This document shows positions 1-8,993 of a stretch of 64,000 nucleotides of DNA, piece by piece. The stretch is from an uncultured Chloroflexia bacterium (GTDB lineage Bacteria; Chloroflexota; Dehalococcoidia; UBA2979): positions 1,504,001 through 1,568,000 of the forward strand of contig CAVSIV010000006.1 of the NCBI GenBank assembly GCA_963728205.1. The letters are read 5' to 3'. The position numbers and the translations under genes were made by a program. A model generated the notes under the pieces. That model was given only the letters and a program-made list of their open reading frames with translations. It had not been told where the DNA came from and ran no database searches. Numbering within the stretch: position 1 is the first letter of the stretch; each line of letters starts with the position of its first letter.

Positions 1-46
1 CCGAGCGCCGCTTCGGGCTCCCCGGGTCCGAACGGCCGGATACTCG

Positions 47-1144
47 CTACTCCGCGCGCAGCGCGCCGATGCCCGTCGCGTCCCAGAACGACGCCTCGAG
101 CGCGTCGAAGCAATCGTCGAGCGGCACGCCGATGGCGTCGGCGACGCGGTTGATGCCGTCGAAGCCGGCGGCGACGCCGATTGCACGCACGACGCCCGCC
201 GCTCCGAGCTCCGAGATGCCGTCGGCGTGCAGCGCGCGCACCGCTGCGTGGTCGCGGCGCACGACGGCGTCGGTCAGTCGCGCGAGGTATGCGCCGTGCG
301 CCACGCCGGCGCCCACCGAAGCCGCCTGCATCACCTCGTCAAGCGCGTACTCCTCGTGGACCGTCTGGCCGCTCTCACGGAGGGCCACCGCGTGGTAGGT
401 CGTTCAGTAGAAGCACGCGTTGAGCGCCGACGTGCGCGACGCGACGAACTCAATCTGCGGCCGGCCCATCGCGTCGCCCGGCTCGAGCTGCAGCGGCCGG
501 TAGTGCGGCGTGAAGACGTCCCAGAACTCGTGCTGCGCGAACGGCACGAGCGCGAGCGCCCGCGCGATGTTCGCGACCTTGCCCGGCCCGGGCCGTCGGT
601 CCCACGGCGGGAGCGGCCGGTCGGCGTCCATGATCGGCACGCGCGCCCCGGCGTCGACGACGACGGGGTTCGCCTCGCCCGACGGCTCGCCGGGCTCCGG
701 CCCAGGGAGCGACGGCACGACGCCGCCGAGCGCGACCGCGTGCGTGTCGACGACGGTGGCTGCGCCGACGAGCCCCGTGGCCTCGACGTACTCCTCGCGC
801 GAGAGGCCGGCCGCGATGAGCGCGTCGAACCAGGCGGTGGTGACGCGGCCGGGGTCCGTCGTGAGGCGGTGGGCGAGCTCGACCAGCGGCGCGCCGAGCG
901 CGCCGTCGTGCCCCGCGCGCTCGTGCGTGCCGGCGACGGCGGCCGGTGAGAGCGCCGCGCGTCGCGAGGCACACAGACGGCACGCCCGGGCCGCGCGCGT
1001 CGCCTCGACGAGGGCGCGGCGCGTCGCGCCGTCGAGGAACGCACCCGGCGCCGCGAAGCGCCGCAGCGCGGCGGCGTGCGCCGCGGCGACGGCGGGCGGG
1101 ACCGTCAGGTCCGCGTCGTCGGAGAGGCCGGTCATGCGACGCAT
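47..1144 (-). CDS. AhpD-like alkylhydroperoxidase-related selenoprotein (in-frame TGA at 404-406 read as Sec)
   Basis: ORFs 404..1144 and 47..388 are in the same frame. The junction reads ALNACFY-TGA-TTYHAVALRESG, i.e. the AhpD/CMD CxxC-xxx-H motif with the second Cys as TGA. Start may be 1135. Confidence 0.8.
366..387 (-). promoter_or_regulatory. Candidate bacterial SECIS hairpin
   Basis: Minus-strand UGGCC-CUC-(CGUGA)-GAG-C-GGCCA begins 16 nt after the UGA, with GU at loop positions 2-3. Confidence 0.55.
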
Positions 1145-1171
1145 CCTACCGCGCGCCGAGCCAGCCCCCTG

Positions 1172-2698
1172 CTACTGGCCCCACACGCTCGTGTCGGGGT
1201 AGTCGGCCGACCAGGCGAACCAGAACACCGTCCGCGTCGCGAAGGCGTTGCGCACGCGGCCGTTGCGCGCGTTCAGCAGCCGCCGCTCGTCCATGAACCA
1301 GCGCAGGCCGTCGTCGCTCGTGACCTCGAGCGCGTCCGGCGGGCCCTCGACGCCAGTGAACGTGACGTCGCTCTCGTCGAAGACCGACACGCCCGTGCCG
1401 GCGCCGAGTGACACCAGCAGCACGTCCTGTCCCCCGACGCGGTCGTGCACGAAGCCGGCCGCCTGGATCTTCGCGAGCGGGTAGGCGCGCGCCGCCCCGT
1501 TCACGACGATGCCGAGCACCCGGTCCTTCGCGCCGAGCCGGTTGTCGACCGTGCCGGCCGGGTAGAGCGGTCCCGGTGCCGCGTCGACGGCCTTCGTCGC
1601 CGCGCCGGCGCTGTAGTCGCGCACGAAGCCCGTGTCGAGCGCGAGCACCTCGGTGGCGGGGTGGCGCGCCGACCAGTCTGCCCACGTCGTGCGCAGCAGC
1701 GGCAGCGCGATCAGGTGGACGCCGGCGGCGGCCGCCGGCCCGGCGATCGCGGCGCCGGACAGCGGATCCCAGAGGCTGTGCGTCTGCTCGTCGAAGAGCA
1801 GCCGGCGCGAGCGATAGACGAGCCCCGACGTGCCGAACGTGTACGTCGTGCCGTCGCTGGCCGTGCGACGGAACGCCGCGGCGCTGCCGCAGGTAGCGCA
1901 ATCCACGATCAGCACGTCGGCGCCGCCCACGACGTCGCTCACGATCTCGTGCCAGGCGAGGATGCGCTCCGGGTACGCCACGCGGTCCTCGTTGAGGAAG
2001 AGCCCGTAAACGATGTCGCCGTCGGCCAGGTAGCGCTCCTCCGAGCGGTGCACGCGCTGCGGCCCGACGAGCGGCGGCAGGCCGTCGACGGCGACCTGGC
2101 CCCAGATCAGCTCGTCGGGCCGCACGGCGCCCCCGAGCTGGTCGTCGATCAGCCGCGCGAAGCGCGGGTCGACGAGGCTGAGCAGGTGTCCCTTCCACGT
2201 CGCGTAGCCCTGCGGCAGCGGCGGCTGGTGCTGTGCGACCCACGCGTACCAGGCGTTGCCGTCGGCGAGCTGCTGGCCGGTGATGCGCAGCAGCGCCTCT
2301 CGGCAGTAGCGCGACCAGCCGACGTCGAGCGACAGCATGTCGACGAGCGGCGCGATGAACCGCTGATCGCCGCTCTGCGCCATGGTCTCGATTGCGGCGA
2401 CGACGTCGGGACCGGGCGGCGTGCACTTCGGGCCGAGCGCCGGGTCGGCGTACCAGCAGACGGCCTGCTGGAGGATCGCCATGACGCCGCCGTCCGTGAG
2501 GTTGCGCGGCGGCGTGGCGGTGGGCGTCGGTGTCGCGCCAATCGTGCGCGGGATGAAGACGGGCTGGGGCGTCGCGGTGGCGGAGGGCGCGGCGGTGCGC
2601 GGCGCGGCCGCGCACCCGGCGGCGACCGCGACGAGCACGGCGAGCGCGGCAGCGACGGCGGCTGCGCGCGGCGTCCCCGGCCGCGCGGTCCGCGGCAA
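1172..2698 (-). CDS. DUF3179-family lipoprotein
   Basis: C-terminal part of track ORF 1172..3901. TTG start just after the upstream stop, lipobox VAAGC, and family-like motifs WHEIV.D, CATCGS, FGTSGLVY, LWD, FWFAW. Confidence 0.75.
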   Translation of the reverse strand: MPRTARPGTPRAAAVAAALAVLVAVAAGCAAAPRTAAPSATATPQPVFIPRTIGATPTPTATPPRNLTDGGVMAILQQAVCWYADPALGPKCTPPGPDVVAAIETMAQSGDQRFIAPLVDMLSLDVGWSRYCREALLRITGQQLADGNAWYAWVAQHQPPLPQGYATWKGHLLSLVDPRFARLIDDQLGGAVRPDELIWGQVAVDGLPPLVGPQRVHRSEERYLADGDIVYGLFLNEDRVAYPERILAWHEIVSDVVGGADVLIVDCATCGSAAAFRRTASDGTTYTFGTSGLVYRSRRLLFDEQTHSLWDPLSGAAIAGPAAAAGVHLIALPLLRTTWADWSARHPATEVLALDTGFVRDYSAGAATKAVDAAPGPLYPAGTVDNRLGAKDRVLGIVVNGAARAYPLAKIQAAGFVHDRVGGQDVLLVSLGAGTGVSVFDESDVTFTGVEGPPDALEVTSDDGLRWFMDERRLLNARNGRVRNAFATRTVFWFAWSADYPDTSVWGQ

Positions 2699-2700
2699 CG

Positions 2701-3901
2701 TCAGCGCTCCGGGTGACGGGAGGCGGTCAGCCGGCGGGCGAGCGCGGCGACCGGCCGCAGCGTGCGCGATCCGATCGGCCCGAAGGTGCGCGGCACGTCG
2801 TGGTAGTCGATCTCGCCGCGCACGAGCCGGCAGCACTGGCGCCAGACGCGGTCCACGTGCTGCAGCGACCACACGAACGGCTCGGGCCGCGCCTGGAAGA
2901 TCTGCCACAGCGCATACGAGGTCTCGAGATCGTCGCCCAGCTGCGTCTCGACGGCGTCGTGGTATGCCGCGAGCGAGGTCGCGCGCTCGCCGAGCAGCGC
3001 CTCGACCGGCGCGGCGACCGCGATGCCCGACACGATCGCGGCGTGGATGCCCTCGCCGGAGAGCGGGTCGACCAGCCCGGCGGCGTCGCCGACCACGGCC
3101 GCGGCGCCCTGCGCCGCGAGCATGCCGCGGCGGCGCATCGGCAGGTGGTGGCCGCGCAGCGACTCCAGCCGGCCCGCGTCGAGCCCGTAGAATCTCGCAC
3201 ACGCGCCGCAGCGCCGGGCGCAGCCGCTTGCCGGCGACGCCCCGGTACCCGCCGACGCCGACGTTCACGTGGTCGCCCTTCGGGAAGACCCAGCCGTAGC
3301 CGCCCGGCACGTAGCCGAAGTTCAGCACGACCGTGCGCCGGAACTCGGCGGGGATGCCGCCGGGGAACGGGATATTCCCCTCGAGTGCGACCGCCGCGTC
3401 GGCGGCCGGCGCGAAGCCGAGCGCGCCGGCGACCACGCCGTTCGCGCCGTCGGCGCCGATCACGACGCGGGCGCGCAGCGTTCCGCCGGCGGTGTCGACG
3501 GCGTACGAGCCGTCGGCGAGCCGGCGCACGTCGCGCACGAGCTGGCCATCGCGAAACTCGACGCCGGCCTCCTGCGCGCGCTCGACGAGGTAGGCGTCGA
3601 GCCGCCGTCGCTGCGTCATGAACGTGAGCGGCACGCCCGCCTCGAGGCGCACGTCCTCGCCGTCGCGCAGCCGCACGCGCGCGCTGCTGACGAGCGACTC
3701 CACCACGGGGTCGAGCGGGAACGGGAGCAGTCGCGAGGTGCGGATGGTGACGCCGCCGCCGCAGGGCTTGTCGCGCGGGAACGTCGCGCGGTCCAGCAGC
3801 AGCACGCGCGCGTGCCCGCGCAGCGACGGCCGCGACGCGATCTCGCGGGCCGCCGTGCTCCCGGCCGGCCCGGCTCCGACGACGATGACCTCGGCGTCCA
3901 T
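2701..3901 (-). CDS. Geranylgeranyl reductase family FAD oxidoreductase (one +1 frameshift near 3193)
   Basis: VIVVGAGPAG, FPRDKPCGGG, GADGANG and GYGWVFPK in one frame; VGDAAGLVDPLSGEGI in the frame ending at 2701. Removing one base at ~3193 restores VCEFYGLD. Confidence 0.85.
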
Positions 3902-3944
3902 GTCGCCCGATGGTATCGGCGCCCCCCGATCCGGGCGAGCGCCC

Positions 3945-3978
3945 CCGCGGCGAACGGCCCCGCGTCAGCGGGCTGAGG
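3945..3978 (+). repeat. Dispersed intergenic repeat family C, copy 1
   Basis: CCGCGGCGAACGGCCCCGCGTCAGCGGGCTGAGG; near-identical copies at 12669-12702 (reverse) and 57427-57460. Confidence 0.75.
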
Positions 3979-4038
3979 CAGCCACGCGGTCCGTTCGCCG
4001 GTGGGCCGCTCACCCAAGGAGCGGCAGCGGTAGCAGCG

Positions 4039-4875
4039 CTACCGCTCGATCGGCACGTCGATCATCGAGCCGTACTCGGTCCACGAGCCGTCGTAGTTCT
4101 TCACGTCCGGCATCCCGAGGATGTGCTTCAGCACGAACCACGTGTGCGATGAGCGCTCTCCGATGCGGCAGTACGCGATCACCGGGCCGTCGGCGTTGAC
4201 GCCGGCGCCGCTGTAGAGCTGCTTCAGCTCGTCCGGCGACTTGAACGTGCCGTCCTCGTTCACCGCGCGCGCCCACGGGATGTTCTTCGCACCCGGCACG
4301 TGCCCGCCGCGCTGCGCCGTCTCCGACAGTCCCGGAGGCGCGAGGATCTTGCCCGTGAACTCGTCCGGGCTGCGCACGTCGACGAGCTGCTTGCCGCCCT
4401 CGGTCGCGGCCTTCACGACCTCGTCGCGCCGCGCGCGCAACGACAGGTTCGGCTCCTTCGCCGTGTACTTCGTCGCGGCCGGGCTCGGCACGTCGCCCGT
4501 CGTCGCGCGGTTCTCGGCGAGCCACTTCACGCGACCGCCGTCCATCAGCGACACGTTCTGGTGGCCGTAGAGCTCGAGCAGCCACAGCGCGTACGCGGCG
4601 AACCAGTTGTTGTTGTCGCCGTACAGCACGACGTGCGTGTCGTTGCCGATGCCCGACTTGCCCAGCAGGGTCTCGAGGTCGCCCTTCGCGATGATGTCGC
4701 GGCGCTGCTGGTCCTGGAGCTGCGTCGTCCAGTTCCAGCTGACCGCGCCCTGGACGTGCCCCTGGCCGTAGGCCTCGGTGTCGACGTCGACCTCGACGAG
4801 GCGGACGTTCGGATCCTTCGCGTGCTCGGCGACCCACTCCGTGCTCACCAGCTTGTCGACCATGCGCTCCCCCAT
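4039..4875 (-). CDS. sseA: Thiosulfate/3-mercaptopyruvate sulfurtransferase (tandem rhodanese)
   Basis: LVSTEWV, GHVPGA, active-site YCRIGERSS, C-terminal NYDGSWTEY. Confidence 0.9.
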   Translation of the reverse strand: MGERMVDKLVSTEWVAEHAKDPNVRLVEVDVDTEAYGQGHVQGAVSWNWTTQLQDQQRRDIIAKGDLETLLGKSGIGNDTHVVLYGDNNNWFAAYALWLLELYGHQNVSLMDGGRVKWLAENRATTGDVPSPAATKYTAKEPNLSLRARRDEVVKAATEGGKQLVDVRSPDEFTGKILAPPGLSETAQRGGHVPGAKNIPWARAVNEDGTFKSPDELKQLYSGAGVNADGPVIAYCRIGERSSHTWFVLKHILGMPDVKNYDGSWTEYGSMIDVPIER

Positions 4876-4941
4876 TCGCAGCCGTGACGCGGCACCGCCC
4901 CGCCGCCGGCGTGTTCGTTCGCTTCGCGGACATCAGAAATA

Positions 4942-4963
4942 GAGCAACCCGACTTGGTTGCTC
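4942..4963. promoter_or_regulatory. Palindromic operator upstream of sulfurtransferase
   Basis: GAGCAACC-N6-GGTTGCTC perfect 8-6-8 inverted repeat in an AT-richer patch. Confidence 0.5.
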
Positions 4964-5014
4964 AACAATAGCCTACGAACGCCGTCAACCAGAGCCGCCG
5001 CCCGCGCTTCGCGA

Positions 5015-5917
5015 CTAGACCCCGCGCAGCGCGATCTCCAGCGCCGCGATGAACGCCACCTGCACGAGCGCGGCCGCGACCAGCAGCACGTAGCTTGCGA
5101 CGCGCTCCCAGGTGTGCGCCGCCACGCCGAGCACGAGGTTCACCGCCAGCATCAGCGTCGCCACGCGCGGCAGCTCGAGGATCGCGCTGCGCGAGACCAC
5201 CTCGACGAGCGGCAGCTGCTGGGTCGGCGGGAAGTGCACCTCGAGCGTCTGTGGCAGCCCCGCCCAGCGCAGCGCGACGGCCGCCCACATCGCCGCGCCG
5301 GCCGCCAGCGCGATGCCCGCCAGCGCCAGCGCCACGCGGTCGTTCCAGAACGATTGCAGCGACGCCGCGCTGCGCTCGACGTGGTGGGTGACCTCCGCCG
5401 TCGGCCCGAGGTCGAGCCGGATCTGGATGTGTCGCGCGAAGTCGGCCGGGTTCTCGACCGAGATCGCGTAGTTGCGCTCGGTCGTCATCACGTAGAGGAC
5501 TTGCTCGGCGGTCTGGTGCGTCGAGTAAAAGAGCACGTCGCCGATGCGCTGGATGTGCGCGCCGCCCACGTGGTAGCCGAGCCAGCTCACGCCGCGCACA
5601 TGCGGGACGCCGACCGCGGTGCCCGGCACGAGCCGCTCGATCGCCTGCAGGGGGATCACCTGCCGCGTCGCGCCCCAGGTGATCACGAGCCCGTTGCGGT
5701 CGAGCGCGTAGGCGAGCGTCGCCAGCGCGTAGGTCCAGTAGCCGAACAGCAGCGCGAGCCCCAGCGACGCGATGGCGCCGGCGTACGCGAGGATCGCGGC
5801 GATCTGGATGTCGGACGTGAGCCCGTAGTTGAAGAGGAGCACGGCGACGCCGGTGGCCCACAGCGTGAGCACGGACCCGACCAGCAGGCCGAGCGCGCGC
5901 GGCGGCTGGTAATACAC
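5015..5917 (-). CDS. Membrane protein with bacterial PH domain and DUF1648-like C-terminal helices
   Basis: Two N-terminal TM helices, YALDRNGLVITWG...IPL.AI, YAIS.ENP..F, then LPQTLEVHF plus TM helices. Confidence 0.65.
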   Translation of the reverse strand: MYYQPPRALGLLVGSVLTLWATGVAVLLFNYGLTSDIQIAAILAYAGAIASLGLALLFGYWTYALATLAYALDRNGLVITWGATRQVIPLQAIERLVPGTAVGVPHVRGVSWLGYHVGGAHIQRIGDVLFYSTHQTAEQVLYVMTTERNYAISVENPADFARHIQIRLDLGPTAEVTHHVERSAASLQSFWNDRVALALAGIALAAGAAMWAAVALRWAGLPQTLEVHFPPTQQLPLVEVVSRSAILELPRVATLMLAVNLVLGVAAHTWERVASYVLLVAAALVQVAFIAALEIALRGV

Positions 5918-5940
5918 CGGCCGCTAACTCTGGCTCGCGC

Positions 5941-6008
5941 CGACCGCGCGCCGACGGAGGCCGTGCCCGGCGCCAGCCGACGCGGCCGGAGGAGGATCAG
6001 AGCGCGGC
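5941..6008 (+). repeat. Dispersed structured repeat family A, solo copy
   Basis: CGACCGCGCGCCGACGGAG...GGAGGAGGATCAGAGCGCGGC matches 19377-19448 and the array unit at 21051-21572. Confidence 0.8.
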
Positions 6009-6013
6009 ACAGT

Positions 6014-6958
6014 TCAGCGCGGCGCCGCGACCGGCGCCTTCCCGTAGGTCGGCATCAGCCACTGCGCGTACTGCGGCAGGCGGCCCGTGATCATCTGGAA
6101 GTACGTCGTCTGCAGCTGCTTGCTCACCGTGCCGGGCCGGCCCTCGCCGATCGGCACGCGGTCGACCTCGACCACCGGCGTCACGTGCGCCGCCGTGCCG
6201 GTCATGAAGATCTCGTCGGCGATGTAGAGCTCGGAGCGGTCAATCGAGCGGCGCTCCACCTCGAGGCCGAGCTCGCGCTGCGCGATCTCGAGCACCGTGT
6301 CGAGCGTGATGCCCTCGAGGATGTTGTCCTGCGGCGCCGGCGAGACCAGCCGGCCGTGCCGCATGATCACGATGTTCTCGCCGGACCCCTCGGACACGTG
6401 CCCGTCCTGGTTGAGCATGATCGCCTCGTCGAAGCCGTTGAGCTGCGCCTCGGTTTTCGCGAGCGCGCTGTTCACGTACGCCCCGTTCACCTTCGCGCGC
6501 GCCGGGATCGAGTTGTCGTCCACGCGCCGCCACGACGATGTCGCGCACCGCGCGCCCGCCTCGGGGTCGAGGTACGCACCGAACGGCGTGACGAAGAGCA
6601 GGAAGTCGTCGTCGAGGTTGTGCATGCGCACGCCCACGACCTCGGACGACTTGTAGACCATCGGCCGGATGTAGACGTCCTCGCGGTAGCCGTTGCGCTC
6701 CGCGAGCTCGCGCACGGTGTCGACGAGCTCGTCGTCGCTGTACTTCAGCGACAGTCGCAGGATCTTCGCGCTCTTGCGCAGGCGCTGGATGTGCTCGCGG
6801 ACCTTGAAGAGGTAGAGCTCCTCGGCGTCCTCGTTCCAGTTGCCGCGGATGCCCTCGAAGACGGCGGTCCCGTAGTTGAAGGCGTGGGTCATCACGCTGA
6901 TCTTGGCCTGCTCCAGCGGTACGAATTCGCCCTGGAAGAACGCGGTCGGCGTTGGCAT
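6014..6958 (-). CDS. ilvE: Branched-chain amino acid aminotransferase
   Basis: THAFNYGTAVFEGIRG, AKVNGAYVNS (PLP Lys), EGSGENI, ILEGIT, FMTGTAA; ATG at 6958. Confidence 0.92.
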   Translation of the reverse strand: MPTPTAFFQGEFVPLEQAKISVMTHAFNYGTAVFEGIRGNWNEDAEELYLFKVREHIQRLRKSAKILRLSLKYSDDELVDTVRELAERNGYREDVYIRPMVYKSSEVVGVRMHNLDDDFLLFVTPFGAYLDPEAGARCATSSWRRVDDNSIPARAKVNGAYVNSALAKTEAQLNGFDEAIMLNQDGHVSEGSGENIVIMRHGRLVSPAPQDNILEGITLDTVLEIAQRELGLEVERRSIDRSELYIADEIFMTGTAAHVTPVVEVDRVPIGEGRPGTVSKQLQTTYFQMITGRLPQYAQWLMPTYGKAPVAAPR

Positions 6959-7171
6959 GGCGGGACCCTCCACTTCGAGGGGAGCGGCGACGGGGCCCCC
7001 TCGGCGGAGGGGTGTGCCCGGGCCCGGGTGGGGAATGGCGGAATCATAGGTTCGGGCTCGAACGGGCGGCAAGGCCAATCGGCGCGGCCGGCTCCGGGCC
7101 GCCCGTGGGCTGGCGCGTGCGGTGCGCCGGCGCGGTGGGAGTATTCTCGGCCGCGCTGAAGGGAGCCGGTG

Positions 7172-8017
7172 ATGGGGAAGCTGAGCGAGACGTTCGAGGT
7201 CGGTGACCTGCGCGTGGCGGCGCTGTCCGACGGCGCGCCCGAGCGGGCGCTCGGCGGCTTCTTCCACGGGGTCGACCAGGCCGAGTGGATGCGCGCGATC
7301 GGCGTGACCAACCCGGAGCAACGCCTGCCCTTCAACTTCGGGACGTTCCTCGTGCGCGGCGGCGGGCGCACCGTGCTCGTCGACTCCGGCCTCGGGCGCG
7401 TCGCGCGCACGATGGGCGTGCCCGGCGGCGGCGAGCTGCTCGAGCGCCTCGCCGAGCAGGGCGTCGCCCGCGAGGACGTCGACGACGTCGTGCACACGCA
7501 CCTCCACTTCGACCACTGCGGATGGGACGTCTCGGGCGACGACGGCCGCGAGCTGACGTTCCCCAGCGCGACCATCCACGTCGCGGGCGCCGAGCTCGAC
7601 TACTGGCTCGACCCCGCGCGCGACGGCGAGGACCGCGCGCAGCAGGCGCGCGCCGCGATCGTCCCGCCGCGCGACGCCGGTCGCGTGCAGACCTTCGACG
7701 GCGAGGTCGACCTGCTGCCGGGCGTGCGCACGATTCCGACGCCGGGCCATACGCCCGGCCACACCTCGGTGCTGCTGTCGTCGCAGGGCGCGCACCTGCT
7801 GATCCTCGGGGACGCCGCGCACCACCCTGTGCACCTCGAGCACCACGACTGGATCCCCGGTGTCGATCTCGATCCTGCGGAGTCGCAGCGGTCGCGCGCG
7901 AAGGTTGCGGCGCTGGCGGCCGACCGCGGCGCGGTGGTCACGGGCGGCCACTTCCCGATCCTCACGCTCGGCCGAGTGGAACGCAGCGAGGGCGGCTACC
8001 GCTGGCGCGCGGTGTGA
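7172..8017 (+). CDS. MBL-fold metallo-hydrolase (AHL-lactonase-like)
   Basis: THLHFDHCG, TPGHTPGH, GDAAH, GHF. Confidence 0.85.
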   Translation: MGKLSETFEVGDLRVAALSDGAPERALGGFFHGVDQAEWMRAIGVTNPEQRLPFNFGTFLVRGGGRTVLVDSGLGRVARTMGVPGGGELLERLAEQGVAREDVDDVVHTHLHFDHCGWDVSGDDGRELTFPSATIHVAGAELDYWLDPARDGEDRAQQARAAIVPPRDAGRVQTFDGEVDLLPGVRTIPTPGHTPGHTSVLLSSQGAHLLILGDAAHHPVHLEHHDWIPGVDLDPAESQRSRAKVAALAADRGAVVTGGHFPILTLGRVERSEGGYRWRAV

Positions 8018-8520
8018 GCGAGACCGGCGCGCTCGCCACGCACGTGCGCCCTGCGAGGCGCGACGACATCCCCGCGATCATCGCCTTCGTGCGCGGGCTC
8101 GCCGCCTTCGAGCGCGAGCCGCCGGAGAGCGTGCGCCTGGCGCCCGCCGACCTCGAGCGCGACCTCTTCGGCGCGACGCCGCGCGCGGAGGTGTTGATCG
8201 CGGAGCAGGGCGGCGCGCCGGTCGGCTTCGCGCTGTTCTTTCACAACTACTCGACGTGGGAGGGGCGGCCCGGCCTGTACGTGGAGGACCTCTTCGTCGA
8301 CGCGGCCGCGCGCGGCACCGGCGCCGGCCGCGCGCTGATGGCGGCGCTGGCCCGCCTCGCGCGCGACCGCGGCTGCGCGCGGCTCGAGCTCGCGGTGCTC
8401 GACTGGAACCCGGCGCGCGCCTTCTACGCGCGGCTCGGCATGCGCTGGATGCGCGAGTGGCTGCCGTATCGCGTCGACGGCGCGGCCCTCGACGCGCTCG
8501 CAAACGAGGCCGCCCCGTGA
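8014..8520 (+). CDS. GNAT N-acetyltransferase (SSAT-like)
   Basis: FFHNYSTWEGRPGLYVEDLFV, RGTGAG, VLDWN; GTGA overlap with the upstream stop. Confidence 0.85.
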   Translation: MSETGALATHVRPARRDDIPAIIAFVRGLAAFEREPPESVRLAPADLERDLFGATPRAEVLIAEQGGAPVGFALFFHNYSTWEGRPGLYVEDLFVDAAARGTGAGRALMAALARLARDRGCARLELAVLDWNPARAFYARLGMRWMREWLPYRVDGAALDALANEAAP

Positions 8521-8993
8521 CCGCACCCGCGGGCGGACGCGTGGTGGCGCTCGTCGTGGCGACAGCGGCCGGCGCGCCGGCCGAGTCGCGCGAGGCCGTC
8601 GACCTGGTGGCCGGCGTCGGCGTCGCCGGCGACCGGTACGCCGAGTGCCGCGGCTACTGGAGCGACCCGCGCTGGCCGGACCAGGAGCTCACGCTCGTGG
8701 AGGCCGAGGTGGCCGACGCGCTCGGCATCGCGCCGGTGGCGCTGCGGCGCAACGTCGTCACGCGCGGCGTCGCGCTGGGCGCGCTCGTCGGCGCGCGCTT
8801 CCGGCTGGGCGATGCGCTGATCGAGGGCGTGCGCCCGTGCAATCCGTGCGCCTACATCGAGCAGCTCAACGCGCGACCGGGGCTGCTTGCGGCGCTCGCA
8901 GGGTGCGGCGGCCTGCGTGCGCGCATCGTGGAGGGCGGGCGCGTGACGGTGGGCGACCGTGTCGTGCGCGTGGGCGCGGCGTCGCCGGGCTAG
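8517..8993 (+). CDS. MOSC domain protein
   Basis: GVAGDRY, LTLVE.E, RRNVVTRG, CNPC, GG+RA.I..GG.V.VGD. Confidence 0.85.
   Translation: MTAPAGGRVVALVVATAAGAPAESREAVDLVAGVGVAGDRYAECRGYWSDPRWPDQELTLVEAEVADALGIAPVALRRNVVTRGVALGALVGARFRLGDALIEGVRPCNPCAYIEQLNARPGLLAALAGCGGLRARIVEGGRVTVGDRVVRVGAASPG

Noticed and set aside
1172-3901. 909-aa reductase-DUF3179 fusion in the ORF track
   Set aside because: Caused by a +1 indel near 3193; the reductase C-terminus lies in another frame and the linker is off-frame Arg-rich text.
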